DNA of 64,000 nt from Candidatus Woesearchaeota archaeon. Its GTDB lineage: Archaea; Nanobdellota; Nanobdellia; Woesearchaeales; JABIAG01. Within the stretch, counting starts at the first letter, position 1; each line of letters starts with the position of its first letter. Below, piece after piece: positions 19,796 through 28,417 of this stretch. Location of the stretch: positions 634,586 to 698,585 of the forward strand of contig JABIAG010000001.1 in assembly GCA_018653365.1 (NCBI GenBank), written 5' to 3'. The notes under the pieces are model-generated. The model searched no databases. It saw nothing but the letters and a program-made list of their open reading frames with translations, and was not told where the DNA came from. Position numbers and translations under genes: made by a program.

Positions 19796-22303
19796 AGTTC
19801 CAGTAGATCTAATTGTGGGAGTTGAGGTATCAGCCAAAGGTTTTCTAGCAGTAAAAGAAAGATCATCCACTAAAGCTCGAATTGAATCATTTGTAATCAC
19901 TGCATGAGACATTCCGGTTGCAAGCGGATTATTAAACATGAACTGATTTAACTCTGCCCCAAACTCACCCAAAGTCTGATAACGCTTGGCAGGATCAGGA
20001 TGTAATGCCTGTCTTAAAGCATCATTCAAATAGTTTGTTTCAGGTTGAGAAAAAAAACTATTTTCAAGAGGAGTTATAGGCTGAAACACGCAACCTGCAA
20101 CCTGCTTGCAAACTACATCTCGCTGAGTAATAACACTGGAAAGCGCACCTGCCTGGCTTTCAACAAAACGTGTAATTAAATCCTGTTGAGGGTTCTTATA
20201 ACGCAAAATTTCCTCCACAGTCCGAGCAAGAGCATAAACATCTGCACTCTGTTTTACGCCATTAGGGTCATCAAATTGTTCAGGAGGCATGTACGCTGGA
20301 GAACCAAAAAACGCCCTATAATCAACATCCCCCACAAGTCTACCCCCAAAATCAGTCAAAACTGCTCTGCCATTAGAGGTAACAAAAAGATTTTCCGGTT
20401 TGATATCGCGATGCACCCCCGCATAATCAACGCGACAAATTCTCTCAGCCAAAAATGCAATAACCCAAGGATCAAAGAAATCAAAACCCACAGATTTGGC
20501 ACGTCTTAAAGTTTGAGCACGCACCATGAGCTCTCTTAAATTTTGTCCATCTAAATATTCCATTGGAACAACACGTAACTCTACACCCTCTGAACTCCCC
20601 CATAAAAAGGGCTGTTCTGTAGCAACACAGAAGGGAGAGGTAATGTCAATTGCTGCTGCCTCACTAAAAAATGCCTCTTTACGTTTAGCAGGCATGGATA
20701 ACTTAGCTACCTTACAAGCAACCCTTCGCGACATATTACCTGAACGCTGACTAGCCTGCCAAACTTCACCCTCCTGACCTTTACCCAATAAATGTTCTAA
20801 ACAATAAGTCATGGTCGCTTTAAAATCTGAAACAGAAGAAGATTTGCCTTGTTCCAACCGAGTCAACGCAGGAGTAATATAATGTAAATCACCCTCTTCA
20901 GGAGAAGCAACAAGTCTTGCATTTAGAGGTACGTTCGGACCCAACCCATAATTATGCTTTAGACTCCAACGACGATTACCCCCCAACCAACAATCATCCC
21001 GACCAGTATTATAAGTAAAACCAACAAGTTCTGACAAAAAATCTTGAGGGTTAGCATAAGTACCATTTTGCAATCCATCCAACAAATTAGCAAGAGTGCT
21101 TTTAACTTTGGAAGATTCATCAACAAACCGACCAAGTTGTCTAGAGGTTATACCCCCTGTTTTGCTTCCACGAGTAACCATAAAACCAAAAAGATCACCC
21201 AAACTTTTCATCGCAAGTTTAGGATCATCACGCTGAGAACCCCACAAACTTGCAAGATCTACACGCGTATAACCATCAGAACCAGTATAACAACATTCAG
21301 GCGTGACACAACAAAAGTACTCTGCACTAAACGCCTCTCTTAATGCTTCTGTAACCTTTTGAACATCAAGTAAAACTTTAGCCAACCAGGTTTTCTTATC
21401 AGGTACTAATCCACGATCAACAAATTCCTTTAATGTTAAACCACCATGATATGGTTTGACTGCATACCACCTATCCCCATTACGAACCACCTTATCAACA
21501 GGCAAGACAGGTTCCCATGCCATGTCTTCTTGCATAGAACCAACAAGATTTCGCCACTCAATATTAGCCACTAAATCTGAAACATCATCAAGCAGAACTC
21601 GTCTCTGAAACCTTCTCGAACCCAATTCTGGACCACGTTCAACAGCAGGAAAGGGTCCGTCTCCAGGCTTATCTAAAAAATAAGTGTTCTCAGTTTCAAG
21701 CGGATGCTGACGTAAAAGACCAAAAAAAGTATGCAAATGAGTATCTAACCCCTCGGCCTGTCCCAACTGTTGAACAATCTCAAAAAATGGAAGAAACGCA
21801 GGATAAACTTCAGAAGTAAAATAGGCAACGCCCGCATTAGATGCTCTTGCCCCTCTTAACGCACCCACAACACACATCTCTGCCTGTCGTTCAGGAGAAA
21901 ATTGATTAGTTAAACAGAAACCCTTTGATGCTGCGACCGGAATTCTACCAAGCAAACCAGACTGATTTGTTCCGGGCTCAAAATACTGTGGAAGATTTCG
22001 CACCAACATAGATCTTAGTGTTGAAGTTATTTGATCCTCCCCCAAATCATGACCTGCATCCATCTGATCATTTGCCTGCTTAAGAATTCTTAACAGGTCC
22101 ATGCCCACAGAATAACAAGAAAGTGTTTCAGTAAGATCCGGTTGAAACCTAGAGGGGGCTGGTTTAGAGGGAACAAAACCCCTATGAATATTTCCAACAT
22201 CCCACAAAACAGATTTAATCGCTTCAATATCAAAAGATAATTCATTACGTAGTGCTTCTGTCGCCCGAACACTATCACATACTAACTTATCTTCAGAGTT
22301 CAT
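19763..22303 (-). CDS. Hanks-type Ser/Thr protein kinase with about 500-aa uncharacterised N-terminal region
   Basis: GKGQEGEVW...VACKV (G-loop/VAIK), VHRDIKPENLFV, LTDFGG and GSPAYMPPEQ. Visibly more GC-rich than its neighbours. Confidence 0.85.
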   Translation of the reverse strand: MNSEDKLVCDSVRATEALRNELSFDIEAIKSVLWDVGNIHRGFVPSKPAPSRFQPDLTETLSCYSVGMDLLRILKQANDQMDAGHDLGEDQITSTLRSMLVRNLPQYFEPGTNQSGLLGRIPVAASKGFCLTNQFSPERQAEMCVVGALRGARASNAGVAYFTSEVYPAFLPFFEIVQQLGQAEGLDTHLHTFFGLLRQHPLETENTYFLDKPGDGPFPAVERGPELGSRRFQRRVLLDDVSDLVANIEWRNLVGSMQEDMAWEPVLPVDKVVRNGDRWYAVKPYHGGLTLKEFVDRGLVPDKKTWLAKVLLDVQKVTEALREAFSAEYFCCVTPECCYTGSDGYTRVDLASLWGSQRDDPKLAMKSLGDLFGFMVTRGSKTGGITSRQLGRFVDESSKVKSTLANLLDGLQNGTYANPQDFLSELVGFTYNTGRDDCWLGGNRRWSLKHNYGLGPNVPLNARLVASPEEGDLHYITPALTRLEQGKSSSVSDFKATMTYCLEHLLGKGQEGEVWQASQRSGNMSRRVACKVAKLSMPAKRKEAFFSEAAAIDITSPFCVATEQPFLWGSSEGVELRVVPMEYLDGQNLRELMVRAQTLRRAKSVGFDFFDPWVIAFLAERICRVDYAGVHRDIKPENLFVTSNGRAVLTDFGGRLVGDVDYRAFFGSPAYMPPEQFDDPNGVKQSADVYALARTVEEILRYKNPQQDLITRFVESQAGALSSVITQRDVVCKQVAGCVFQPITPLENSFFSQPETNYLNDALRQALHPDPAKRYQTLGEFGAELNQFMFNNPLATGMSHAVITNDSIRALVDDLSFTARKPLADTSTPTIRSTGTLRMSYTQNSE

Positions 22304-22428
22304 ACTTTATTATGTGAAAATGTGTTTTTAAACATTTATAGCATACAATGCAACCATAAAAGTGTAATTACCACCCATAAGTAACAAAGATGCGAAAGAT
22401 TTATATATTTAAGCACATTTAGTACCTT

Positions 22429-23289
22429 ATGGTGAAACTCCCCCCATTCATAACAGAACCTGGAATCGCACTTGACACTGAAACTCAATATCATGAACTT
22501 TATGAACTTATCCTCTCAACAGGTACAAGCTTAACGATTCAAATTGAAGAACTAAGCGGCTACCCCCCCACATATAGAATAACACATTATGCTTCAACCC
22601 CACCCCAATTCGCACTACGACAATCACATAGCATAGCAGATGAAAATGAAAAAGGCGTTCTGGATGAGCTTCTTAGAACATTTCAGAGCAATTATACTCG
22701 CCAAGGATGCGACGTTTCACGAAACGGACAATCTGTGCTAATAACCCCCATCGAAACAAGAAACTTGCCCGAATTAATAGATGACTTAACTGAAGGACAA
22801 ACACATAAAATATTAAATGCCTGTTTACCTTACCAAGAAAGAGAACGCAAAAGAGCCCACACTCGAGCACAAACCGCATCAAGGGCAGACATAGGCCACG
22901 TAGAAGGAATTTATGGAACAAACCACCTAATTAACACAATTACAAAAGAAAAAGTTCCACTTAAAGTTGCCAGAGCAGCACTCCACATCCTATTTCCAAA
23001 AAAAGATTATGAACCCAAAGATCTTGAACTACCTCAAACAATAACCTATCGCCAAATAAAACAACTTAAAGAAGCACTAGGGGGAGAAACACAACCCCTC
23101 AATCCTGAACTGGCAGATAAAACTTATGATCCCACAAGAGTGATCTTTCATTTTGCAAAAGATCCAACTCTACCTCACGGAATTGATGACATGCGACGCA
23201 TGACAAACATATTATTCCTAAAAAGAACGCAATACCACCCAGGACAACAATCACTTCCAGGTTTTGAAGACGTATGTAATCTAGATTAA
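22429..23289 (+). CDS. hypothetical protein (286 aa), GC-richer ORFan
   Basis: Divergent from the kinase gene. TATA-like TTTATATATTT about 30 nt upstream. No domain recognised. Confidence 0.6.
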   Translation: MVKLPPFITEPGIALDTETQYHELYELILSTGTSLTIQIEELSGYPPTYRITHYASTPPQFALRQSHSIADENEKGVLDELLRTFQSNYTRQGCDVSRNGQSVLITPIETRNLPELIDDLTEGQTHKILNACLPYQERERKRAHTRAQTASRADIGHVEGIYGTNHLINTITKEKVPLKVARAALHILFPKKDYEPKDLELPQTITYRQIKQLKEALGGETQPLNPELADKTYDPTRVIFHFAKDPTLPHGIDDMRRMTNILFLKRTQYHPGQQSLPGFEDVCNLD

Positions 23290-23820
23290 TTCTCCTTCAC
23301 ACATGCCCTGAATTCCAGCAGCATTACCCTCATCAGCATCAAGATGTAAAGCCAATTTTGCATTTTCTTTTATTCTAACAGGAATGTCATGAAATGTCAT
23401 GGGTCGGGTGTTGTCAACTCTAACAGAAACTAACTGTCCATCCTTCAAAGAAAGCCTTTTTGCATCCTCTTCAGAACAATGCAGATGACGCTTAGCAATA
23501 ATTATAGGAACCTTAACAGAACCCAACTCAGTTGAAATTTCAGCAACAGGAACATCAGCCACATCTCCTGAAAGTCTAAGCTCTGCCTTGTGTTTTAGAT
23601 TTCTAGCATCAGTATGAGAAATTTCCAGTTGAGAGTGAGCTCGAACTGGTCCAAGGACTCTTACCTCAAGATTTTGAAAACTGACCTTCTCTTCTGCAGC
23701 AAACTCTCCAGGCTGAGAAAGATCCTTTAATTTTGTTAAAGCATAATCCTTGCCAAACAATACTTCAAGATCATCCTTACAAAGATGAACATGTCGATTT
23801 GAAACCTCAACTAAAACCAT
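23281..23820 (-). CDS. pduL: PduL-type phosphotransacylase (phosphate acetyl/propanoyltransferase)
   Basis: Duplicated PduL motifs: VEVSNRHVHLCKDDLEVLFG...LSQPGEFA...VRVLGP, and IIAKRHLHCSEEDAKRL...LHLDADEGNAAG. Confidence 0.75.
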   Translation of the reverse strand: MVLVEVSNRHVHLCKDDLEVLFGKDYALTKLKDLSQPGEFAAEEKVSFQNLEVRVLGPVRAHSQLEISHTDARNLKHKAELRLSGDVADVPVAEISTELGSVKVPIIIAKRHLHCSEEDAKRLSLKDGQLVSVRVDNTRPMTFHDIPVRIKENAKLALHLDADEGNAAGIQGMCEGELI

Positions 23821-24005
23821 GAAGTACTGGAGTAAAGAACTCTATATAAATTTTTGTTTTAAATGCATTCTTTCGCCAATGCCAAGCGAAGTGGGTCTCC
23901 CCTTGGTCGAGCCCACATTTTAAAAAATTTTGTTTAAAATACTGCTTAGAAGGTTCCCTTTAACAAAACGCAAGATTTAAATAGAAACTAAACGATAAAA
24001 TACAT

Positions 24006-24368
24006 ATGTTCGGATTAGGCAAAAAAAAAGAAGAGGACAACTTACCTCCAGAAGGTGATACGCCCTTTCCTCCAATGGATGGTGAAGGAAAATTTCCCCC
24101 ACCAGAACAAGCATTTGATGAACCCACTCCATTGGATGGATTGTCAAAACCAGAATTTCCCTCAACTCCAATGGAAACTCCACAAACCTCATTTGAAATA
24201 CAAAAACCACAACCACTTCAACCAACACAAGCTGCACCACAATTAACTGGGGACAGAATTGAAATTGTTATTGCTAAAATAGATGCACTCAAATCAATGA
24301 TGGAAGTACTAAATCAAAGAATAGCAAATATAGAATCCAGGTTAGCACAAAATGAAAGAAGATGGTAA
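24006..24368 (+). CDS. hypothetical protein, Pro-rich N-terminus plus C-terminal coiled coil
   Basis: 120-aa ORF with TATA about 30 nt upstream. Overlaps the lspA start by 17 nt. Confidence 0.55.
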   Translation: MFGLGKKKEEDNLPPEGDTPFPPMDGEGKFPPPEQAFDEPTPLDGLSKPEFPSTPMETPQTSFEIQKPQPLQPTQAAPQLTGDRIEIVIAKIDALKSMMEVLNQRIANIESRLAQNERRW

Positions 24369-24789
24369 GTTTATTCTTTTTGCTTTACTGATAATAATTG
24401 TTGATATTATAACAAAACAATTAATTGTAATATTTAATCCAAATTTGAAACTATTGCCCTTTTTCTCCTTAATATATGTTAAGAATACTGGCGCAGGATT
24501 TGGGATATTAAGTGGAATGAATGTGTTGTTAATTGTTATTTCTGTTTTAGTATTAGTGGGAATAGGGTATTACTATAAGAAAATTCCCAAAGAGAGTTGG
24601 GTGTTGGTTGCATCCGGGTTGATAACTGGAGGCATCGTTGGTAATTTAATTGATCGTGTGTTCAGAGGGTTTGTTGTAGACTTCTTAGACTTCTTTGTTT
24701 CTAGTTGGCACTGGCCAGCATTTAATGTTGCAGATAGTGCATTAGTAATTGGAGTGGTGATATTAATTATTTATTACTGGAAGAAATAA
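24352..24789 (+). CDS. lspA: lipoprotein signal peptidase (signal peptidase II)
   Basis: VKNTGAGFGIL and WPAFNVADSALVIG contain the two catalytic-Asp regions of LspA. Four TM segments, 145 aa. Confidence 0.8.
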   Translation: MKEDGKFILFALLIIIVDIITKQLIVIFNPNLKLLPFFSLIYVKNTGAGFGILSGMNVLLIVISVLVLVGIGYYYKKIPKESWVLVASGLITGGIVGNLIDRVFRGFVVDFLDFFVSSWHWPAFNVADSALVIGVVILIIYYWKK

Positions 24790-24820
24790 CTTTAAAAGAT
24801 AATAAAGAGTTCTTAACCAT

Positions 24821-25072
24821 ATGGAGACAGTGATTGCAGAAGTAAGACAAGAAAGAACCTATATGACTTGTTGTGTTTATTCAGCAGAAAGAGTTGTTGT
24901 TAGTTCAACCCCCACCCGAAGAGTAACCGAGGACCAAAATGCAGAATTACTCTGTACACTCAAAACAGGAATAGGTAAAGGCGATAGAAAACTTGCAAAA
25001 AGAATAAACCAAGAACTTGCAAGAACAAGATATACACAAAGAATAAGACCTGAAAATGTTTTCTTTATTTAA
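24821..25072 (+). CDS. hypothetical protein (83 aa), GC-richer
   Basis: ORF with CTTTAAAAG TATA-like box about 30 nt upstream. No domain recognised. Confidence 0.45.
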   Translation: METVIAEVRQERTYMTCCVYSAERVVVSSTPTRRVTEDQNAELLCTLKTGIGKGDRKLAKRINQELARTRYTQRIRPENVFFI

Positions 25073-25700
25073 GACAATTATGTTTCTTTAATTTTAGTTC
25101 CTTAGCTTCGGTTTCAGTTATAACCTTCTTATTCTTAATCCGTTTAGCCCACTCACAAGATTCAGCATGATAATATTTTGAGGAAGGTGAATAGATTAAC
25201 TGATCCTCTTTTAACTCATCGAACTCTTGCTCCAATGCACGTTTTTCTTCTACCAAGTTTGCCAACTCTTTTTTCAACTTATCAGTTTTATCCTCAGAAG
25301 GTACTGGCGGAACTAAATCTGTTTTAATTGAAAGTGTAGAAACAATAAACGCAATTATGTTGAGCACGATTAAAATAAAAACCGCCATTGAACTACTTAA
25401 AACAAACAATCCAACCGTGTAAGCGATTAAAAAAGCGAATAAAATCATTAATAAGAACCATGCCCATCTCTTTTCTTCCCCAATACCAATCAAAGAAAGC
25501 ATCGAAATAATTATGAAAATGGAGAATAAAACAAGATCTAATGATTTAAACGATTCAGAAATTAGTTTAGTAGCGATAAATGCAAAAGTAAGAGCTAAGA
25601 CAACAAAATTGAAATAATATGTTAATTTCCCCACAGCCATAAAGAAAAGAAAAGAAAAATAACTTATAAAGATTTCTATGGAGGAGAATACGCTTGCCAT
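25065..25700 (-). CDS. membrane protein with cytoplasmic coiled coil and a C-terminal Cys/His motif
   Basis: About 5 TM helices, then KKELANLVEEKRALEQEFDELKE, then YYHAESCEWAKRI...KKHNC (metal-binding-like). Confidence 0.6.
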   Translation of the reverse strand: MASVFSSIEIFISYFSFLFFMAVGKLTYYFNFVVLALTFAFIATKLISESFKSLDLVLFSIFIIISMLSLIGIGEEKRWAWFLLMILFAFLIAYTVGLFVLSSSMAVFILIVLNIIAFIVSTLSIKTDLVPPVPSEDKTDKLKKELANLVEEKRALEQEFDELKEDQLIYSPSSKYYHAESCEWAKRIKNKKVITETEAKELKLKKHNCLK

Positions 25701-26626
25701 TCCTCACTTGTTTGTGATGCCAACAAGTTTGTCTTGAATAAAGACTCCATTGCCAATCTTGCAGAAGAGTCATACTCCCCAAAAACCAACATTTTACCAC
25801 TAGCTTCGGCCAGACCATCCATAAAAACAGATAGTGAGATAATTGAAGAAGCAGTAAGTTCGCCCTCCCTTAGTTGATCCCTAAGAAACCCATCATAAAC
25901 CTCAGCAAGTTGAAGATATAACTTAAGATTCTTCCTACTATCAACATACCTTACTACGTTCTGCTGGGTAATCATTCGCCTCAAACCCTGCTTGTTAATT
26001 TCAGCAAAACAAACACCCAAATCTTCTTCACAAGTTGCAATTGCAACCTCCAAACCATCCCTTCGCTTAAGATTTTCATCAAACTCAACATCAGTATGAT
26101 CAGAACTTGCTACCAAAGTTTGCATAGCATCAAACTGTTCACTAGCCTGAACTCTCAACCCAGATGCAGTATCATACCCCCTCTTTGCCAAAACATAACC
26201 CGAAATTGCCTCATCACGTTCTGCTTCCAAATCAGTTATTGCCTTATCAAACGCCTTAACCACTCCATTTATTGCTCTTGAACCCGATGCAACATTAGTG
26301 GAGGCATCTCTTAACCTAGAGAGTATTTCCGGCATGTACTTTTCAAACTGCTTTTTAATTTCTGCCGAAACATTCTGATTAACTCTTCGATAAAGCCCCA
26401 GAGTTTCACCAAACCGTCCCCAAATAGGAAGTCTTACAAAACCACCATGGACATCCATGTGTTCAACCACCTCAGCAGGATTGTTCTTTTCCAACGAACC
26501 CTGAATGCTCTGAACAGAACCTCGTAAAACCGAGTAATCAATAACCAAGGGATGTTTAACCTTTGAGGGAGTCTGAACCTCAGATTTTGAAACGAGTTTA
26601 TCAACCAACTCCAAATCAACATTCAT
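25676..26626 (-). CDS. hypothetical helical protein (316 aa), GC-richer
   Basis: Start overlaps the upstream ORF's stop by 4 nt. Stop overlaps the downstream ORF's start by 25 nt. No domain recognised. Confidence 0.6.
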   Translation of the reverse strand: MNVDLELVDKLVSKSEVQTPSKVKHPLVIDYSVLRGSVQSIQGSLEKNNPAEVVEHMDVHGGFVRLPIWGRFGETLGLYRRVNQNVSAEIKKQFEKYMPEILSRLRDASTNVASGSRAINGVVKAFDKAITDLEAERDEAISGYVLAKRGYDTASGLRVQASEQFDAMQTLVASSDHTDVEFDENLKRRDGLEVAIATCEEDLGVCFAEINKQGLRRMITQQNVVRYVDSRKNLKLYLQLAEVYDGFLRDQLREGELTASSIISLSVFMDGLAEASGKMLVFGEYDSSARLAMESLFKTNLLASQTSEEWQAYSPP

Positions 26627-26868
26627 CTTTTCACCTCAGCAAGAGCGTGCCTAACCCTATCAGGATCTTCCTGCAATAAATAAGTCAACATATTTTCTGG
26701 GTCTGAATGTACAAAAGTTTCTCCGTCTCGATTGTAAATAACATCCGCTCCTCGCGCTGTTTCCACCTCATACTGTTCAGGTAAAAACTGTTCTACAACA
26801 TAAACTGCTCCACCAACTAAACTACCTGCTAAAGTTAAACCACCGACTAGAGTTGCTAATCGTCTCAT
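26623..26868 (-). CDS. small single-pass membrane protein (81 aa)
   Basis: N-terminal TM segment LATLVGGLTLAGSLVGGAVYVV. Overlaps both neighbouring genes. Confidence 0.5.
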   Translation of the reverse strand: MRRLATLVGGLTLAGSLVGGAVYVVEQFLPEQYEVETARGADVIYNRDGETFVHSDPENMLTYLLQEDPDRVRHALAEVKR

Positions 26869-27304
26869 TTTTCACCTCCGGACTAAAAAAGTCTGTTAAT
26901 TGTCTAAAATTTTCATTTTGGTATTCCTGATTATAACGATGAAGTCCGCCACTGACTCTCTTTCTCAGGTAATTAAATCCAGATTTCATCCCGGTGTAAA
27001 CAACCTCACACTGTTGATCAATTGCATCATCCAATAATGTACCACAAATCTTTTGACGCTCTGAATCAGAAAGAGAGTTATAACCCATTTTGACTAGATA
27101 TGCTTGGTCTTTTGGAGTTAATGTATTCCAAAACTCATCAATAGATAGGGGAGTTCTGACAGGGGTTGTGACTGCTGGTTCTTTTACTTGCGGTTCAACT
27201 GCCGGTTGTCTAAACTGTCTTGCTCCAAAAAAAAGAGCTGTTGCAGTAGCGCCAATTATTAAAAACTTTGCTGGTCCCTCAATGACATAACTTCCGAATC
27301 TCAT
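26822..27304 (-). CDS. single-pass membrane protein (160 aa)
   Basis: TM segment AKFLIIGATATALFFGA near the N-terminus. First of three overlapping minus-strand ORFs. Confidence 0.55.
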   Translation of the reverse strand: MRFGSYVIEGPAKFLIIGATATALFFGARQFRQPAVEPQVKEPAVTTPVRTPLSIDEFWNTLTPKDQAYLVKMGYNSLSDSERQKICGTLLDDAIDQQCEVVYTGMKSGFNYLRKRVSGGLHRYNQEYQNENFRQLTDFFSPEVKNETISNSSRWFNFSR

Positions 27305-27446
27305 GATATTATATTAGAGGGAGTTTTAATAGATTTTTTTGAGAGAAAGTCGGAAAGAATTAGTTAAAGAATGTAGGTGTTTCTATATCCCTGTAAGAGT
27401 TTCAAGAACAACTTTACTTATTGAAAGATTTTCAAGAATGTTAGAA

Positions 27447-27632
27447 CTAGCGTCGAGGTAGTTTTTCCGTTTCAACTTGAGGTAATAAAGGAAGATTTGC
27501 AAATAACTCTCCCACCTCAGGAGTTTGTGTAAGATCATAAACAAATATTGGTTTAACCTCAAAAGTATCTAGAATCTCGACAGTGCCATCCTGTCTTTCA
27601 ATACCAATTTGATACACGTTATTATCAGGCAT
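27447..27632 (-). CDS. hypothetical small protein (61 aa)
   Basis: CTTTAAAAAC TATA-like box about 26-35 nt upstream on the minus strand. Confidence 0.4.
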   Translation of the reverse strand: MPDNNVYQIGIERQDGTVEILDTFEVKPIFVYDLTQTPEVGELFANLPLLPQVETEKLPRR

Positions 27633-27664
27633 TAGTGAAGGAAATGTGTAGAAGTTTTTAAAGA

Positions 27665-28354
27665 TTACTTACCAAAGTTACGTTTTCTTTCTTTGAATTC
27701 AGCAATTAATTCTACTAAACGTTCTTTAGAAAATGCAGGCCAGTGTTCTTTAATAAAAAACCACTCAGAATATGCACTTTGCCAGGGAAGAAAGTTAGAT
27801 GTTCTCATCGCACCCCCAGTTCTAATAACCAGGTCAGGTTGTTTGTTTAAGTATAAAAGATTAGCAAATTCTTCTTCAGTAATTGGTTTGCCTAATGCTA
27901 TTGCTTTATTTGCGGCTTGAACGATCTCTTCATGACCCCCATAAGCAACACACAAATTAAAAGAATGTTTGGTGTAATCCTTAGTTTTAGCTTCTACCTC
28001 TTTCATAACTTTCTGAAGGTCTTCAGGAAATAAATCTAATTTACCAATGAACCTAACCTGAATTTCATTATCATGAATTTCTTTAGATGTTAGCAATTCA
28101 GAGAAATATTTCTTCATGATATTGAATAAGGATTTGGTTTCTTCTTCAGAACGCTTGAAGTTTTCAGTAGAAAAACCATAAACAGTAATGTCTTTAATGC
28201 CCAACTCAACACACCATTTAATTGATTTTTTAAGAGTTTTAGCTCCATGATGATGGCCCATAAGCTTAGGGAGTTGATTCTCAACAGCCCATCTTCGGTT
28301 ACCGTCCAATACAAATGCTACGTGTAAGTCGTCCATAGAGAGAGTTTTACTCAT
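27665..28354 (-). CDS. uppS: cis-prenyltransferase (undecaprenyl/di-trans,poly-cis-decaprenyl diphosphate synthase family)
   Basis: HVAFVLDGNRRWA, ITVYGFSTENFKRS, IRTGG..R.SNFLPWQSAYSE. Confidence 0.9.
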   Translation of the reverse strand: MSKTLSMDDLHVAFVLDGNRRWAVENQLPKLMGHHHGAKTLKKSIKWCVELGIKDITVYGFSTENFKRSEEETKSLFNIMKKYFSELLTSKEIHDNEIQVRFIGKLDLFPEDLQKVMKEVEAKTKDYTKHSFNLCVAYGGHEEIVQAANKAIALGKPITEEEFANLLYLNKQPDLVIRTGGAMRTSNFLPWQSAYSEWFFIKEHWPAFSKERLVELIAEFKERKRNFGK

Positions 28355-28417
28355 TCATATATAAAACTAATGGTTAATAGCACAATCTTTTAAAATGCGT
28401 ATTTGTTCCTCTCCCTT

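Noticed and set aside
23124-23139. 16-nt identity TATGATCCCACAAGAG shared with 61214-61229 (both encode YDPTR in GC-richer ORFans)
   Set aside because: About one chance 16-mer match is expected among all position pairs in a 64-kb window (roughly 64000 squared versus 4 to the 16th). The flanking sequence and proteins are otherwise unrelated.
23874-23916. tRNA fragment or att site marking integration of the GC-richer block 19796-23820
   Set aside because: GGTCGAGCCC only loosely resembles a T-arm. There is no acceptor/T-stem pairing, no match to the tRNA-Leu 3' end, and no integrase nearby.
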